The translations under genes were made by a program, and so were the position numbers. A stretch of DNA of 64,000 nucleotides, from positions 64,001-128,000 of the forward strand of contig CBDCLE010000019.1 in the NCBI GenBank assembly GCA_965218585.1, read 5' to 3'. This document shows, one piece after another, positions 19,653 to 31,236 of the stretch. The notes under the pieces were generated by a model. It had not been told where the DNA came from. It was given only the letters and a program-made list of their open reading frames with translations, and made no database searches. Source of the DNA: Terriglobia bacterium (GTDB lineage Bacteria; Acidobacteriota; Terriglobia; 20CM-2-55-15). Within the stretch, counting starts at the first letter, position 1; every line of letters starts with the position of its first letter.

Positions 19653-21278
19653 CTAGAAATTGAACAGGTTCGTGAACTTGACGATCAACGCTCGCTCGAC
19701 GACCTGCCCGTTGTCGGCCGAACGTCGGTCGTTGTAGTATGTTGAAGCGGAGATTGGAGCTCACCTCGTCCCGTTCGGCGTTGTACTGGATAAAGGCATT
19801 AAAAAATGCACGTGCCGTGAACGCATATACGAACCGCAGGCCCAACGGGTCGGTTGTAAAGCTTCCGCGGGTCAAATCCACCTGGTTGCGTGCGTAATTC
19901 ACGTCAACGTTGACGCGATAGTTCGGTTTTACGCTTAAATTGGCCGTAAATGATTCGCTCTCCCCGTCCCAGAACTTGCCCCACTCGACGCTGCCGCCTC
20001 CACTGATCTTCCTGCTCGAATCGCTCGAGGCACTGACCCTCTGCCTCCGGTACACATAGTCCCCCTCGGGAATGAGAATCCCCGGACGGATCCGAAACAC
20101 ACGGTTCAATCGTTCGAACCTTTCGGTTAACGTGTAATTGATCGAGGCGCCGTTCTGAAAGCGAATCCCCAGGTTCAGGTTCTGGGTTCGCGTTTCGACC
20201 TGTTCGGTCGTACCGTCTTCAAAATACTCCAGAGTCGTCCCGAAGATCAGATTTCGAACCGAGCGACTGCTTCGGATGAGCGGATTGAAAGAAAACTCTC
20301 CCGTGTACTTGGTTGCGTTCGGACGACGGACGAAACCGACTTCTGGATTGAAGTTCGTCTGGATAGCGTCGTAGGCTCCGGCAATGACCAGTTCGTCGTC
20401 GCGCCAGCCCGCAGCGAACTTCCGGGCCTGATCCTTCCCTCCAGACCCGGCGTGTCGGTCTTAAGAACGTATGCATCGAAATTGAGCCGGTTCGAGAACT
20501 GAAAAAATGCATCGACGCCGAAGAGCCGATTGTAGTCGCCTGTTACGGTGGAGTCGCGGTTGGTAACAATGCCCCCGACCCAGGAGTTCCTCAGGAGGTT
20601 CTGCTTCACCCGACCGACCGTATAGGTGTTCGACGGCGTCGACCCGGTCGACGCCGTCTTCATCGTCAGGAACCCGACGTCGTAACGGCCCACCTGACCC
20701 GTGACCCGTGCTCCGCCTACAATCGGAATCGGAGTTCCCTGGGCACTGAGACCGATCCGCCGGCTGAAGAAGGGAACGAGATCGTTTCGGAAGCTCCGAC
20801 CCTGGCCACCTCCCAGGTTGAAGGTACCGGCGTTCTCAAGAAAGAACTCTCTTTTTTCTGGGAAGAAGAGGTTGAAGCGGGTGAGATTGACCTGCTGCTG
20901 GTCCACCTCGACCTGTGCGAAATCGGTCCGATACGTCGCATCCAGCGTCAACGACTGAGTTAACCCGTATTTGACGTCCACTCCCCCGTCGTAATCCTGA
21001 TCTGTAACCCAATCCCCGAACGGATTACCGCCGGATCGCGTCTGGGTAAATCCCGCTATTGCGAACGGCTTTACTTTCAGATTCCGGCCCGGCCGGATGT
21101 TTTCAATACCTCTCAACGTACCCGCCATCGAGACGCGCGTGGTCTGAAAGCGTCGCGGTATGGGTGACCAGTTGCTCTCATCATTAATGCGCCGAACAGT
21201 CCGCAGCATGTTGAGACCCCATTCCTGCGACGACGCGTTGGAGAATCGCAACGTGTTGAACGGGATCTGGAACTCGAC
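19653..21278 (-). pseudogene. DUF5916-family outer-membrane protein pseudogene, 5'-truncated by IS21 #2
   Basis: VEFQIPFNTLRF, TDFAQVEVDQQQVNLTRFNLFFPEKREFFLENAG, FFSRRIGL, C-terminal VKFTNLFNF*; split over several frames; paralogous to 44949-47153. Confidence 0.85.
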
Positions 21279-21385
21279 TGTTGATTTGCACCCAAAACTG
21301 ATCCACTTAAAGCGGGTATTTGCATCGAAATTTGACCCACGTGTATACCCATTCCTGCCGATTAACAGAGCAGGAGGGCAAAGGA

Positions 21386-22777
21386 GTGATAGACGTGGCG
21401 ATATTGAGTGTGATCAGACGCTGGCATGTACGAGAGGGCGTATCGATTCGAGAGATCAGCAGGCGAACGAAGCTGTCGCGCAATACGATCCGGAAGCACT
21501 TGGCGAGCGGCGCTCTGGAGGCGGTCTATCCGAAGCGCAGGAGCCGGAGCAAAGTGGACGGCTACGCCGAGTTGCTGGCGTCGTGGCTGAAGCGGGAATC
21601 GGCCCGGGGTCGCAAGGAGCGGCGTAATCTCAAACAGCTGCACGGCGAGTTGATGAAGCTTGGCTACACGGGGTCCTATGACCGTGTGGCGGCGTTTGCG
21701 CGGGTATGGCGGCGCCAACAGCAAGAAGCCTCGAAGGTGAGCCGGGACACGTTCGTGCCGCTGGTGTTTGCGCCCGGCGAAGCGTTCCAGTTCGACTGGA
21801 GCGAGGACTGGGTGGTCATCGGCGGTGAACGCACGAAGCTGATGGTGGCGCAGTTCAAACTCTGCCACAGCCGGGCGTTCATGCTGCCCCAGGTGGTCAA
21901 CGCCCGGTTCAAGGCGATGGTGAGCCATTTCCTGTTCGAAGCGGAGTTCTGCACGCCTGGCGCCGGATGGGAGAAAGGCCAGATCGAGAAGAACGTCCGG
22001 GACGCGCGGCCCCGTCTGTTCCATGACGCGCCTGAGTTTGCTGGCTTCCGTGACGTGAACGTGTGGCTTGAGCGGCGATGCCGGGGTCTCTGGGACGAGA
22101 TCCATCACCCGGAGCAGCCCCAGCGTACAGTCGCCGAGGTCTGGGCCGATGAGCACGCGCATCTGATGCGCATGCCGACGCCGTTCGATGGCTTTGTCGA
22201 GCACACCAAGCGTGTTTCTCCGGCCTGCCTTATCGCCTTCGCGCGTAATCGCTACAGCGTGCCGGCCGCGTTTGCCAACCGGCCGGTCAGTGTCCGCGTC
22301 TACGCCGAACGCATCGTGATTGCCGCCGAAGGCCAGGTCATCGCTGAGCATCCGCGGGTGATCGCGCGCGGGCGCGACTGCCGGTCAGGGCGAACCGTCT
22401 ACGACTGGCGCCACTACCTGAGCGTCCTCCAACGAAAACCGGGCGCGTTGAGGAACGGCGCTCCCTTCGCCGAGCTTCCCCAACCTTTCAAGCGCCTCCA
22501 GGCGGCGCGGCTCAAGCGACCTGGCGGGGACCGGGAGATGGTGGAGATCCTGGCGCTGGTGCTGCACCACGATGAGCCGGCGGTGCTGCGTGCCGCCGAG
22601 ATCGCACTCGCAGCCGGGGCCGCCTCCAAGCAACATGTGCTCAATATCCTGAGCCGGTTACTGGAAGCCTCGCCGCCCAGCCTCATCGATATACCCGATG
22701 CGTTGACACTGCTCAATGAACCGAAGGCCGATGTTCATCGCTACGACCGCTTGAGAGGAGATGGCCATGTCATCTGA
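21386..22777 (+). pseudogene. istA: IstA transposase with an in-frame internal deletion (~44 aa) removing the DN catalytic segment
   Basis: FQFDWS, GWEKGQIE and NRYSVP are present; SRAFML joins directly to PQVVNARF, whereas the other IstA here has AYP...FDNLKTAV...GK at this position. Confidence 0.85.
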
Positions 22778-23540
22778 ATCTCTGGTCAGCGCGCTGAGGT
22801 CGCTCAAACTCCATGGCATGGCGCAAGCGGTCGATGAACTCGCGCGGCAAGGCGCTCCGGCTTTCTCAAACATAGAGCCCATGCTCCACACCTTAACCGA
22901 GGCCGAGGTCGCCGAGCGCGAGGTCCGCTCCATCAACTACCAGATGAGGACCGCCCGCTTCCCAGCCTATCGCGACCTCTCCAACTTCGACTTCAATGAA
23001 AGCCCCGTTGATGAGGCACTGCTCAGCTCACTGTATCGATGTGACTTCGTCGCCGACGCTCACAACATCGTGATGATCGGCGGACCGGGCACCGGCAAGA
23101 CCCATCTCGCCACGGCCATCGGCGTGCAGGCCATCACTCACCATCGCCTCAGAGTCCGGTTCTTCTCCACTATCGAACTCGTCAACACGCTGGAACAGGA
23201 GAAAGCCAAGGGTAAGACTGGGCAGATCGCCAACCGGCTCCTGCAAGTCGATTTGGTCATTCTCGATGAACTCGGCTATCTGCCGTTCTCGCAGGCCGGC
23301 GGCGCCTTGCTGTTCCACCTGCTGAGCAAACTCTACGAGCGCACCCGCAGGGTCCTCACCACCAACCTTGCCTTCGGTGAATGGCCCCGGGTCTTCAACG
23401 ACACGAAGATGACCGCCGCGCTGCTCGACCGCCTCACCCACCATTGCCACATCGTCGAAACCGGCAATGACAGTTACCGTTTTAGAAACAGTTCCACACA
23501 CACAAAGGAGACTAAACCCCGGAAAAACCCCAACCCATGA
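22761..23540 (+). CDS. istB: IstB AAA+ ATPase
   Basis: [46 protein letters not shown]. Confidence 0.95.
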   Translation: MAMSSESLVSALRSLKLHGMAQAVDELARQGAPAFSNIEPMLHTLTEAEVAEREVRSINYQMRTARFPAYRDLSNFDFNESPVDEALLSSLYRCDFVADAHNIVMIGGPGTGKTHLATAIGVQAITHHRLRVRFFSTIELVNTLEQEKAKGKTGQIANRLLQVDLVILDELGYLPFSQAGGALLFHLLSKLYERTRRVLTTNLAFGEWPRVFNDTKMTAALLDRLTHHCHIVETGNDSYRFRNSSTHTKETKPRKNPNP

Positions 23541-23613
23541 GCCATAATCCGGCTCTCTAACCCGGGTCAATTTTCAATGCAAAACCCGGATCACTTTTCC
23601 GTGCAAATTAACA

Positions 23614-23753
23614 AAGCCGGGATAGGAAGGGGTCGTGGGCGCGGATTCCTGTCTCCACTCTCCGGCAACCACGTCGAGAGTTGAAAAAAAACCAATCAGA
23701 AATAGGGACACGCCGAGGACGGCGCCGCCAAAAAGCAAGGTTTTGGAGTATCT
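23614..23753 (-). pseudogene. N-terminal (signal/TM) fragment of the gene following the barrel gene, cut by IS21 #2
   Basis: MRYSKTLLFGGAVLGVSLFLIGFF... starts about 25 bp after the barrel stop and runs into the IS right end. Confidence 0.5.
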
Positions 23754-23778
23754 CATTGAGCGTTCCGCCCGCAATATA

Positions 23779-26006
23779 TCAGAAAGTCAGTTCAGCCTCG
23801 AAGAAGGTCGATATCAAAGATTTCGACGTATAAATGTCGCGGAACCCCTTACCTGGTATCAGGGTCGCGACGCCTCCTGTAAAGATGATGTTGTTGTTCA
23901 ACCAGGGGCGGTATTCAGCTCCGATGCTGAACTCCGGCCCGATGAAGCGTTCGATGTCCGATTGAAAAAGCACTGCTTCGAAGACTTCGGTGTGAACGAA
24001 CGAAAGGACGTTCAGATTCGCCGAGGCCTTCCATTTGGGCGTCAATTCGGCATCGATTCCAGCGTTGAAGATCATCAGCCCGGGATTGACGAAATTGGCC
24101 TGCCCTTCGTCTTTCGAACTCCTGAGACTGGGGTTCAGACTGAAGCGCTGATTGAGAGCCACGGCGGTACCCGTGAGCCGGATCTCCTGACGGTTCCACA
24201 AGCTCACGCCTCCGCCGGCAAAGAAAGGGACATCGACGATGCTGTCGAAGCCACGGGAGCGATTGTCGCGAAGATTGTCGTCACCGGAGGCAAAGTAGAA
24301 GGAACCCTTGTACCTCCTCCAGTCGCGGTCTATGGACACCTCCAACGCCACCATCTGTGCATTGATGTCGGAGTCGACGGGTCCAAAGAAATCCCCAGCG
24401 ATCTGATTGGGCCGCTCCTTCCCCAGGACCTGGTAAAACGCGTGGTTTACGTTCCAAACGCCGAAATGTCCGTCACCTGCCCACCCCAGATACGCAGCGT
24501 TGATGCTTTTGGGAACGACGTTCGAAATCGGGGCCGGCCGGACCAGGAGATCGTTCTCGTTGAAATGAACGCTGGGGAGATCGTTGTTGAAGTGAACGCT
24601 GAACTGGGCGGTGTAACCCTCCTTGACGAAATCCTGGATGTAGTAGTTGGCAACCATGACGTGTTGACGGCGCCAGTCGAATGTGTTGAGAAGGCTGTTG
24701 GTGTCCTTCTCCATCATGTAGAAGTAGGCGAGGTTGTACTGGTGCTTGTTCGACTTGAGGTTGCCGAAGAAACGGATACCGGGCTGATTGTCGAGAAACA
24801 CGAAGCCTCTGAAATCGCTGTTGAAGAACTGGGTGCCGGCTCGGACGGATAGAAAATCGAAGAAAGGACTGGTTTCGGCCAGCCTGACTTCGACGAAAGC
24901 CTCTTCGAGGGAACTGTGGACGTCATTTCGGGTTGTGCCTCTCCTGATGTCAACGTTGACCAGCCCAAGTTCCTCGACGTTCAGGTAGTTGTAATTCACG
25001 GCCGGTGTGAAACGAAAGCGCAGATCGAACGGTCTGAACTGCGTATAGCCGCGAAACAGATCCGCCGTAAACTCAAACTGCTGCACCAACTGGAACTGAT
25101 CGCCGCGACTGAAAAACCCGGGCTCACCGGGACGCTGGGAGCTGGGGGGCCGGCCACCGGAAGGCTTCGATATTCGGCTATGGTTTCGCTCCGGCCCTCG
25201 AGGGCCAGGAACCAGTTGCTCCCCAGAATCGGGTAGTCGCCTTTGAGGACGTTTAAATTGTAAGGGTCGATGGGACTTCCGGTAACGAAAGGATACGTCT
25301 CGCTGAGCGAGGTCCCATAGCGGTCCCATCTCGGAAAACCGATACGCCAGCGATCGTCCACGAGGACGAAGTCCAGACTGGCTATGCTCGTCGCCGCTCC
25401 GCCTCCGGCATTACCCAGCGGCAGAAACCGAGGCGCCACTCCAGGGAGACTGCGCGTAGCTTCCAGGGGCACTTCCTCTGGCCTCGGGCGAACGGCCGGA
25501 GTGGGAGGAAAGGACTCGGGATCCTCCAATACGGCGGGGCTATCCGCTGGCTGCCGGCGCCTTGGACGGGGCGTGAGTCCGACTGTGTCGGGTGTCGGGA
25601 TTTCTACGCTCAGAGTCAGTTCCTGTCCTGCCTCCAGGCGGAATCGTTGAGGCAAGCTCTGCCGTGCCGGTCCCTCGAGGATGGATGCGACCAGCAGGTA
25701 CTCGCCAGCGGGAAGTCCGGTAATCAGAAACTGGCCGTCCCTATCAGAGACCGTCCCAAAAGTAAGCTCTGTGGCTTCCAGGCTGGCGATCAACTGAACC
25801 CGCGCGAGGGGACGCCCGACCTGGTCTGTGACCTGGCCGGCAACGTTCCCAAGTAGGGAAGCCGGCGCCTGTTCGGGTCTTCGAATCTGGGCCGTGGATT
25901 CTGTCGGCAACCAGACGCACCCCCACACACACCCTGCCAAGAGCAGACAGAACAAGGCCGGGCTTACCCTTTTCCGGCACAGGAACCCAATCATTGAGCT
26001 TTTCAC
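23779..26006 (-). pseudogene. Outer-membrane beta-barrel-like protein with an N-terminal carboxypeptidase-regulatory-like domain; one frameshift at a G6 run near 25145
   Basis: Signal peptide, GQVTDQVG.PL..TVSDRDGQF.ITGLPAGEYLL, Pro/Arg linker, amphipathic strands rich in F/Y/W/N, terminal EAELTF; the frameshift may be a homopolymer error. Confidence 0.7.
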
Positions 26007-27794
26007 CTACTCGGATTGCGATTGAACTTCAGATAGGGGAGTCTTGCCCTGTCTATGATTACCCGATCTGCCAGGATTTCGGCGGGTGCCTCAAAGCCGG
26101 TGGCTCCACCCGCCGAGACGACGTCATCCTGTTCCACCCCGTCCCCGCTGATTCCGAGTCCTCCGACCAGTTGGCCATTCTTGTAGAGCGGCACGCTTCC
26201 CGGAAAGAAGACTACGCCATTCGTGTTCGGCGGATTTCGATCGTCGAATCCCTGTGAGCAAGGGTTGGCCAGATCGTATACGAACAGATCGAAGAAAGGT
26301 CCGGCCGAACTGCCGCTGATACCGGGAGGGTATAAGGGTTGGCTGCCGAAATTGATGGTTCGGTTCGTGACCGCGGTAAGAGGAGGTACCTCGAGGAGAT
26401 CTCCTTCCTTCCCGTCTTCCCCCTCCTCCCCGGCCCTCGCCGCCCGTTCGGGACCACTGAAGTAGACCACGTTGCGGGACTTGGCCACGGCTACATCGAT
26501 GCTGAAGACGGTGGCATCCGGCATCCGGTACAGGCCTAGTAGATTACCGTCCAGGTCCGAGACCGCTATCACCATCCGGGTTCGACTTCCCAGAGGCAAC
26601 CGAATCGCCGCCCGCGTCTGTTCGGCCGTTCGAATGGACTGAAGGATGATCCGTTCGACTTCATCCGGACCGAGAAGCAGGCTGCCACGTGGTCGGTCCG
26701 GGCCTCCGACCAACCATCCTTCGGCAGCACCCTTTCCGGGACGAATGAATATATTTCCACCCGGGTCTTTGTCGAGGGCAAGATACTCTCCACCCAGACC
26801 GCCTGGTTGGGTGAACAGAGGCTGCCGCGTGTTCCGTACAAAGGGCAGGCGGATTCCGTCCACGAAAACGGCAAACGGCGGCCCCACGCAGGCTCCGGGA
26901 CCAAAAACCAACGTCCCCCGGGGAGCGATGCTGGCCACGAGAGCGGCGAATTCTGCATGATCGGGAGGAGGGCCAAAAACGCCAACGCCGCCGACCAGCC
27001 TGCAGTCCTTGAAAATGGGAATGCCGCCTCCATGAACCTGTGCGGGAAAGGAATCAGACTTCTCTTCCTCGGCTACGTCGACCAGTCGCCCGTCTTCAAA
27101 GCGACCCGTGTATTTGCCGGTATAGGGTCCCAGCCGCAACCCTCCCGTGATTCTCCATTGCAGGGCAAACGATCATCAGACTCGCCAGCAAGAAGGCCGG
27201 CATTGACCTGGTTTCTGACCTGGAGTTCCCGGAGAGACGTGGCGCGAGGAACACACTTACCGGGATTGAAAGCCACGTTGAAAGCACAGCCGCGGTTGGT
27301 GTTCTCGATGCCGTAGAGCGCTCCGTTGGGAAGGAAGTCGATGCCGGGCGGGAAGTTCTTCTGGCTGATGAAGCGAACCGTTCGTGAAGAAAGAGGCGCC
27401 TAATCGTTACTGAAAAAGCCACCGGTTCGAGCCAACGCAACAGCCCGCTCGGAATTCTCGAAAGTGGAGAGAGTCTTTTGCCAGACTGCCAGAATGTGCC
27501 CCGCGCGATCGGTGACTGCCACCGAAAACCCTTGAGAATCGAGAGCCCGAACTGCCGCCTGGATAATCGTATCGATCTCGTCGGTCGAAAGTCCCGCGGG
27601 GTCGTCGGGCGCATCGCAGAAATCATCAGACAGTATTTCGAGATTGGCGCGGAGAGACCGATCGGGATCGTTCACGCTCTGACCCGGACCTGGGCCGGCA
27701 GGGCTTGGCTCGCCAGAACCGGGAGAAAAGCGGTCGCAAGAATCAGGCATAGAAGTCGCGCGGATGGCAGCAAGGTCCGTCTGTGATTCGACAT
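26003..27794 (-). pseudogene. Secreted protein with two GlcG/HbpS (heme-binding-like) domains; frameshifts near 27680 and 27135 and an in-frame TAG at 27400-27402
   Basis: Signal MSNHRRTLL..LCLILATAFL from ATG 27794; domain 1 SVAVTDRAG...GGIPIFKDCRLVGGVGVFG; domain 2 IAVSDLDG..AVAKSR...PGSVPLYKNGQLVGGLGISG. Confidence 0.78.
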
Positions 27795-27811
27795 CGCGGT
27801 ATTATCTACCA

Positions 27812-29170
27812 ATGGTTCCACCCCCGCAAGAAGGTCGACTCGCCCAGTCGCGGCGATGTTTGAGGGTAGCCAACACCAGGCGATTCAGCCTATTTATCGT
27901 GCTGTTCGCGCTCTGGTCATCGCCCCGGGGCCTCGAGGCACAGCAACTGGATAACGTCCTGGGTGTCTCCAGTTGCGCCACCTCGGCGTGTCACGGGTCG
28001 GCCATTCCACGCACACAAACGAGAATCCTACGCAACGAGTTCCGCACCTGGCTGGAAGAAGACTCTCATTCGGATGCTTACGACGTACTGCTCGGGGAAG
28101 ATTCCAGGCAGATCATTCGGAACCTGCAAGGCTTCGGTTCGCCGATTGAATCCGCCGAGACCAGTGCGGTATGTCTGGACTGCCACGCCACCAGCCAGGA
28201 TCGGTCACACGTCACCGACGGTGTATCGTGCGAATCCTGTCACGGAGGGGCCCGAGCCTGGATCGATCGCCACGACGAAGTCTCTTCGCCGGAAGAGGCA
28301 TTGGCGTTGGGCATGGTCCCGACATGGGAACCGGAAACACGAGCCGATGTCTGCTTGTCGTGCCACCTTGGAACAGAGGAACAATTCGTGACTCACGAGA
28401 TCATGGCTGCAGGACATCCGCGACTTGCTTTCGAACTCGAGACCTTCACGTATCGCCAGCCAGCCCACTTCTCTGGCCCGGAAACCGGCTCATACTCAGA
28501 GAGAAAGCCGGAATCGGCTGACAGCGGCCGGGTCTGGGCCATCGGCCAGGGCGTCCACCTGAGAAACTATGCGCGCCTTCTAAGCTCTTCTCCGGGTGAA
28601 TCCAGGTGGCCCGAGTTCGCCAAGTTCGATTGCTTCAGCTGCCACCAGGCTGTGGAGCGGGACCAGGGACCGCCCGAACCCCCAACTGTCGGTTCGGGGC
28701 TTCTTGCTCTGAATCGTTCGAGCGCGCTGATGTTCCGCGAGGTGATCGCCGTTCTGGACCCGGAACATCTCGAGAGTCTCGATGTTCAGATGGACAGTCT
28801 TGATCAAGCTCTGGCCGAGCCAGGGAGCGAACTTCGCCGAGTCGGGGAAAGCATCGTCGAGATCGTCTCGGCCGATCTGGGGCACATCGCCACCCGGGAG
28901 TGGGACCGGAGTGACCTGCTGGCCCTTCTCGACCGTCTGACCTCTCCCCGGCTGGCAGCTACTTACCGAACGTACGCCGATGCGGAACAGGTCACGATGG
29001 CGGTTCAGGCCCTTGTGGCGGGACTAGAGAACGATCAGGTACCGGACCAGTTGAACCCGGCCCTGAGGTCTTTGACGTCCCTGTTCGAGGCAACCACCGA
29101 CGAGTTTGCTTTTCGAATAGGGGCTTTTCGGGAAAACCTCGCAGATTTCCGTCGATCTCTACCTCCCTAG
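27812..29170 (+). CDS. Periplasmic multiheme cytochrome c (c554-like), 5 heme motifs; start uncertain
   Basis: Signal ending LEA-Q; CATSACH (CX4CH), CLDCH, GVSCESCHG, CLSCH, CFSCH; helical C-terminal domain. Confidence 0.88.
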   Translation: MVPPPQEGRLAQSRRCLRVANTRRFSLFIVLFALWSSPRGLEAQQLDNVLGVSSCATSACHGSAIPRTQTRILRNEFRTWLEEDSHSDAYDVLLGEDSRQIIRNLQGFGSPIESAETSAVCLDCHATSQDRSHVTDGVSCESCHGGARAWIDRHDEVSSPEEALALGMVPTWEPETRADVCLSCHLGTEEQFVTHEIMAAGHPRLAFELETFTYRQPAHFSGPETGSYSERKPESADSGRVWAIGQGVHLRNYARLLSSSPGESRWPEFAKFDCFSCHQAVERDQGPPEPPTVGSGLLALNRSSALMFREVIAVLDPEHLESLDVQMDSLDQALAEPGSELRRVGESIVEIVSADLGHIATREWDRSDLLALLDRLTSPRLAATYRTYADAEQVTMAVQALVAGLENDQVPDQLNPALRSLTSLFEATTDEFAFRIGAFRENLADFRRSLPP

Positions 29171-29209
29171 GACCGAGGAGGGCCAAGCTCAAAGAACCGC
29201 ACGTGCGAA

Positions 29210-31236
29210 TTACTCGGAGCGGAGAAGGCCGTATCTGGGCCGATGAAAGCTATGGCAGAGTACGCACGGGGAAGTCACGCGCTGTGCGCTGGGTGTGGCG
29301 CCAGTGTGGCATTCCAGGCAAAGTTGGATCTGGGGCAACAGCAGGGCGGAATCAGCTTCGGCCTCACTCACACCGCTGTGGCAATCCTCGCATTCCGAGA
29401 TTGAATCGTGGGCCTGGTGGCTGAAGACGGCGGCCGGCATCCAGCCGATGCCTTCGGTAGAGGGCACCGGGGTGAGGCGCTCGACTTCGGCGATTTCGCC
29501 GGTCCCACTGACGGTGTGACATTCCACGCACACGCCTTCGCTTCCCAGCAGCCTGTCCAGCGCGCGAGCGGTTCGTTCTTCGGCCCAGGCCACCAGACCC
29601 AGCCTCTCCACTTCGCTGATCTCTCGACCCGGTCGACGGCGAGCGGGTAGCGGCGCCTCCGGGTCGCGTGCTTCGCCTTCCAGGGCCAGTGCCGAATAGA
29701 ACTGGAACGTGCTTGCCGATACGAGGACGACTTCTTCATGAGGAGCCTCGTCATCTTCATGGAGGGCGTCAAACGCGAGCGAATGACAGCTCTGGCAGTC
29801 TCTCTCAAAAAGAGTCGGCATCATGGTGGTCCCGGCAGGTTCCGGCCGGTGGCAGTCTCGACACTCCAACTGGATGTCCTGGTCCCGGGCATCCTTGATC
29901 GGCCATCAAGGTGAGACTCGTGCGCGAATGGGACACCGGATCGGACCAGAGGGAGGTCTCCTCCCTGCGGAACGCGTTCACGCTGCCCGCTGTCCACATC
30001 GATTGTTGCCGAGGGACGGAATGCAGGGTGACTGGTGGCAAAGTCGCCGGCGTCGAGCAGATCGGTCGCAGCAAACACCGAAGCCAGACCGGAGTGACAG
30101 CCCTCACACGTGGTGTCGCTGACCGAGGCCAGGGCACGAATCTCGTTGTGCTCCAGATGGCAGGACGTGCATTGCTGTTCCGCTAAGATTTCCACAACCT
30201 CGTTCGCGCGCGAGGAATGCGTACCGATACTCGGATGGCAGTCTAGACATGCAACCTCTGGGACTGACCGAAAAACGTTGATGTGACATGTTTCGCAATC
30301 ATCTGCGAAGTACTGATGCGAAGGAGCCAGTGGACCCGGATTCCAGCTTCGAGTCAGGGAGTTGTTCCCGAGGAAGTTGCCGCTCGATCCACTCTGGCTC
30401 AAAGGCAGCACCAGGAAACCCCAAAACACAGCAAGGCCCAACACCCAGGACAGCCGTCTCCGCGTCAGCAGGAGGCCCGAGATTCCCAGCTTCGTCCGCT
30501 TTTCGAGTTCTTCAGCCGCATGGCCCTGGGATTCGATCTTCTCGATTTCCAGCGCAAGATCCTCGCCCTTAGCGGGTTCAACGACACGGAGTTCGTGATG
30601 GCCGATGCGAACAAGTGTGCCCGGATTGAGGACTTGAGGCGCCGTCTTGAAATGACCGTTGACAGTGAAGTGATCGCCTTCCAGCAGATCCAGGCGCACC
30701 TGGCCCCGGAAGATCTCCATTTTGGCGTGATTGAGTGCGACCGACAGTTCCGGAATATATTCCTCGTCGATATCGGCGATATTCCCGAGGAGCGCGGCTA
30801 TCTTCTGACCGGACCGATTCTCGGTCATGGATTCCGGAATGAAGCTGTAGAAAAGAACCCCTCCTATACCCGAAAGAATCACCAGCGACATCAGAACATA
30901 GGCCAGCGTGTGGACGTTCCAGCCGAACTGGAAGCCGCTGTGAAGCGGCACCAACACCAGGAGCACTAGACCCAGGTAAACGTGAGCCGAGAGCCAGCCT
31001 CGTAGCGGCGCACTCGGAACCTTGTAGTAAGTGCGTTTTCGGACTCCGAACCACATGAGCCAGATCATCATGCCGAACGAAACCGTGCCCAGCAGATAGC
31101 CAAACCCCGTACCGCCGTTGTGTCCGCCGACTGGGGTATAGACCGCGTAACCTGCGAGCGCCACTCCAAGCAGCAGAAGCGCAGTCTTGAGATAGCGGAA
31201 TCCCCTGTATACCCAGAATGCCTCGTGCAGGATCAT
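29210..31236 (-). pseudogene. Fusion of a 4-TM His-containing membrane domain, an FHA-like segment, a TM and a decaheme cytochrome c; frameshift near 29900
   Basis: WLSAHVYLG..LHSGF..VHTL; SVALNHA...FTVNG...IGHHELRV; CxxCH x10 (CETCH, CLDCH, CTSCH, CEGCH, CRDCH, CQSCH, CVECH, CEDCH, CLECH, CVLCH). Confidence 0.82.

Larger units (their letters stand above)
21279..23613 (+). mobile_element. IS21-family element #2 (IS1326-like ends), probably non-autonomous
   Basis: Begins TGTTGATTTGCACCCAAAACTGATCC and ends GGATCACTTTTCCGTGCAAATTAACA (TG...CA); a second repeat copy at each end; flanks CTCGAC and AAGCCG are not duplicated. Confidence 0.92.

Noticed and set aside
15870-23613. Composite transposon formed by the two IS21 elements
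   Set aside because: Their terminal repeats and transposases differ, and no outer target duplication is present
23635-24852. Long antisense ORFs (e.g. 23635-24852, 16166-17164, 16612-17730, 21362-22351, 60288-61244)
   Set aside because: Shadow ORFs opposite well-supported genes in GC-rich DNA, with no recognisable motifs
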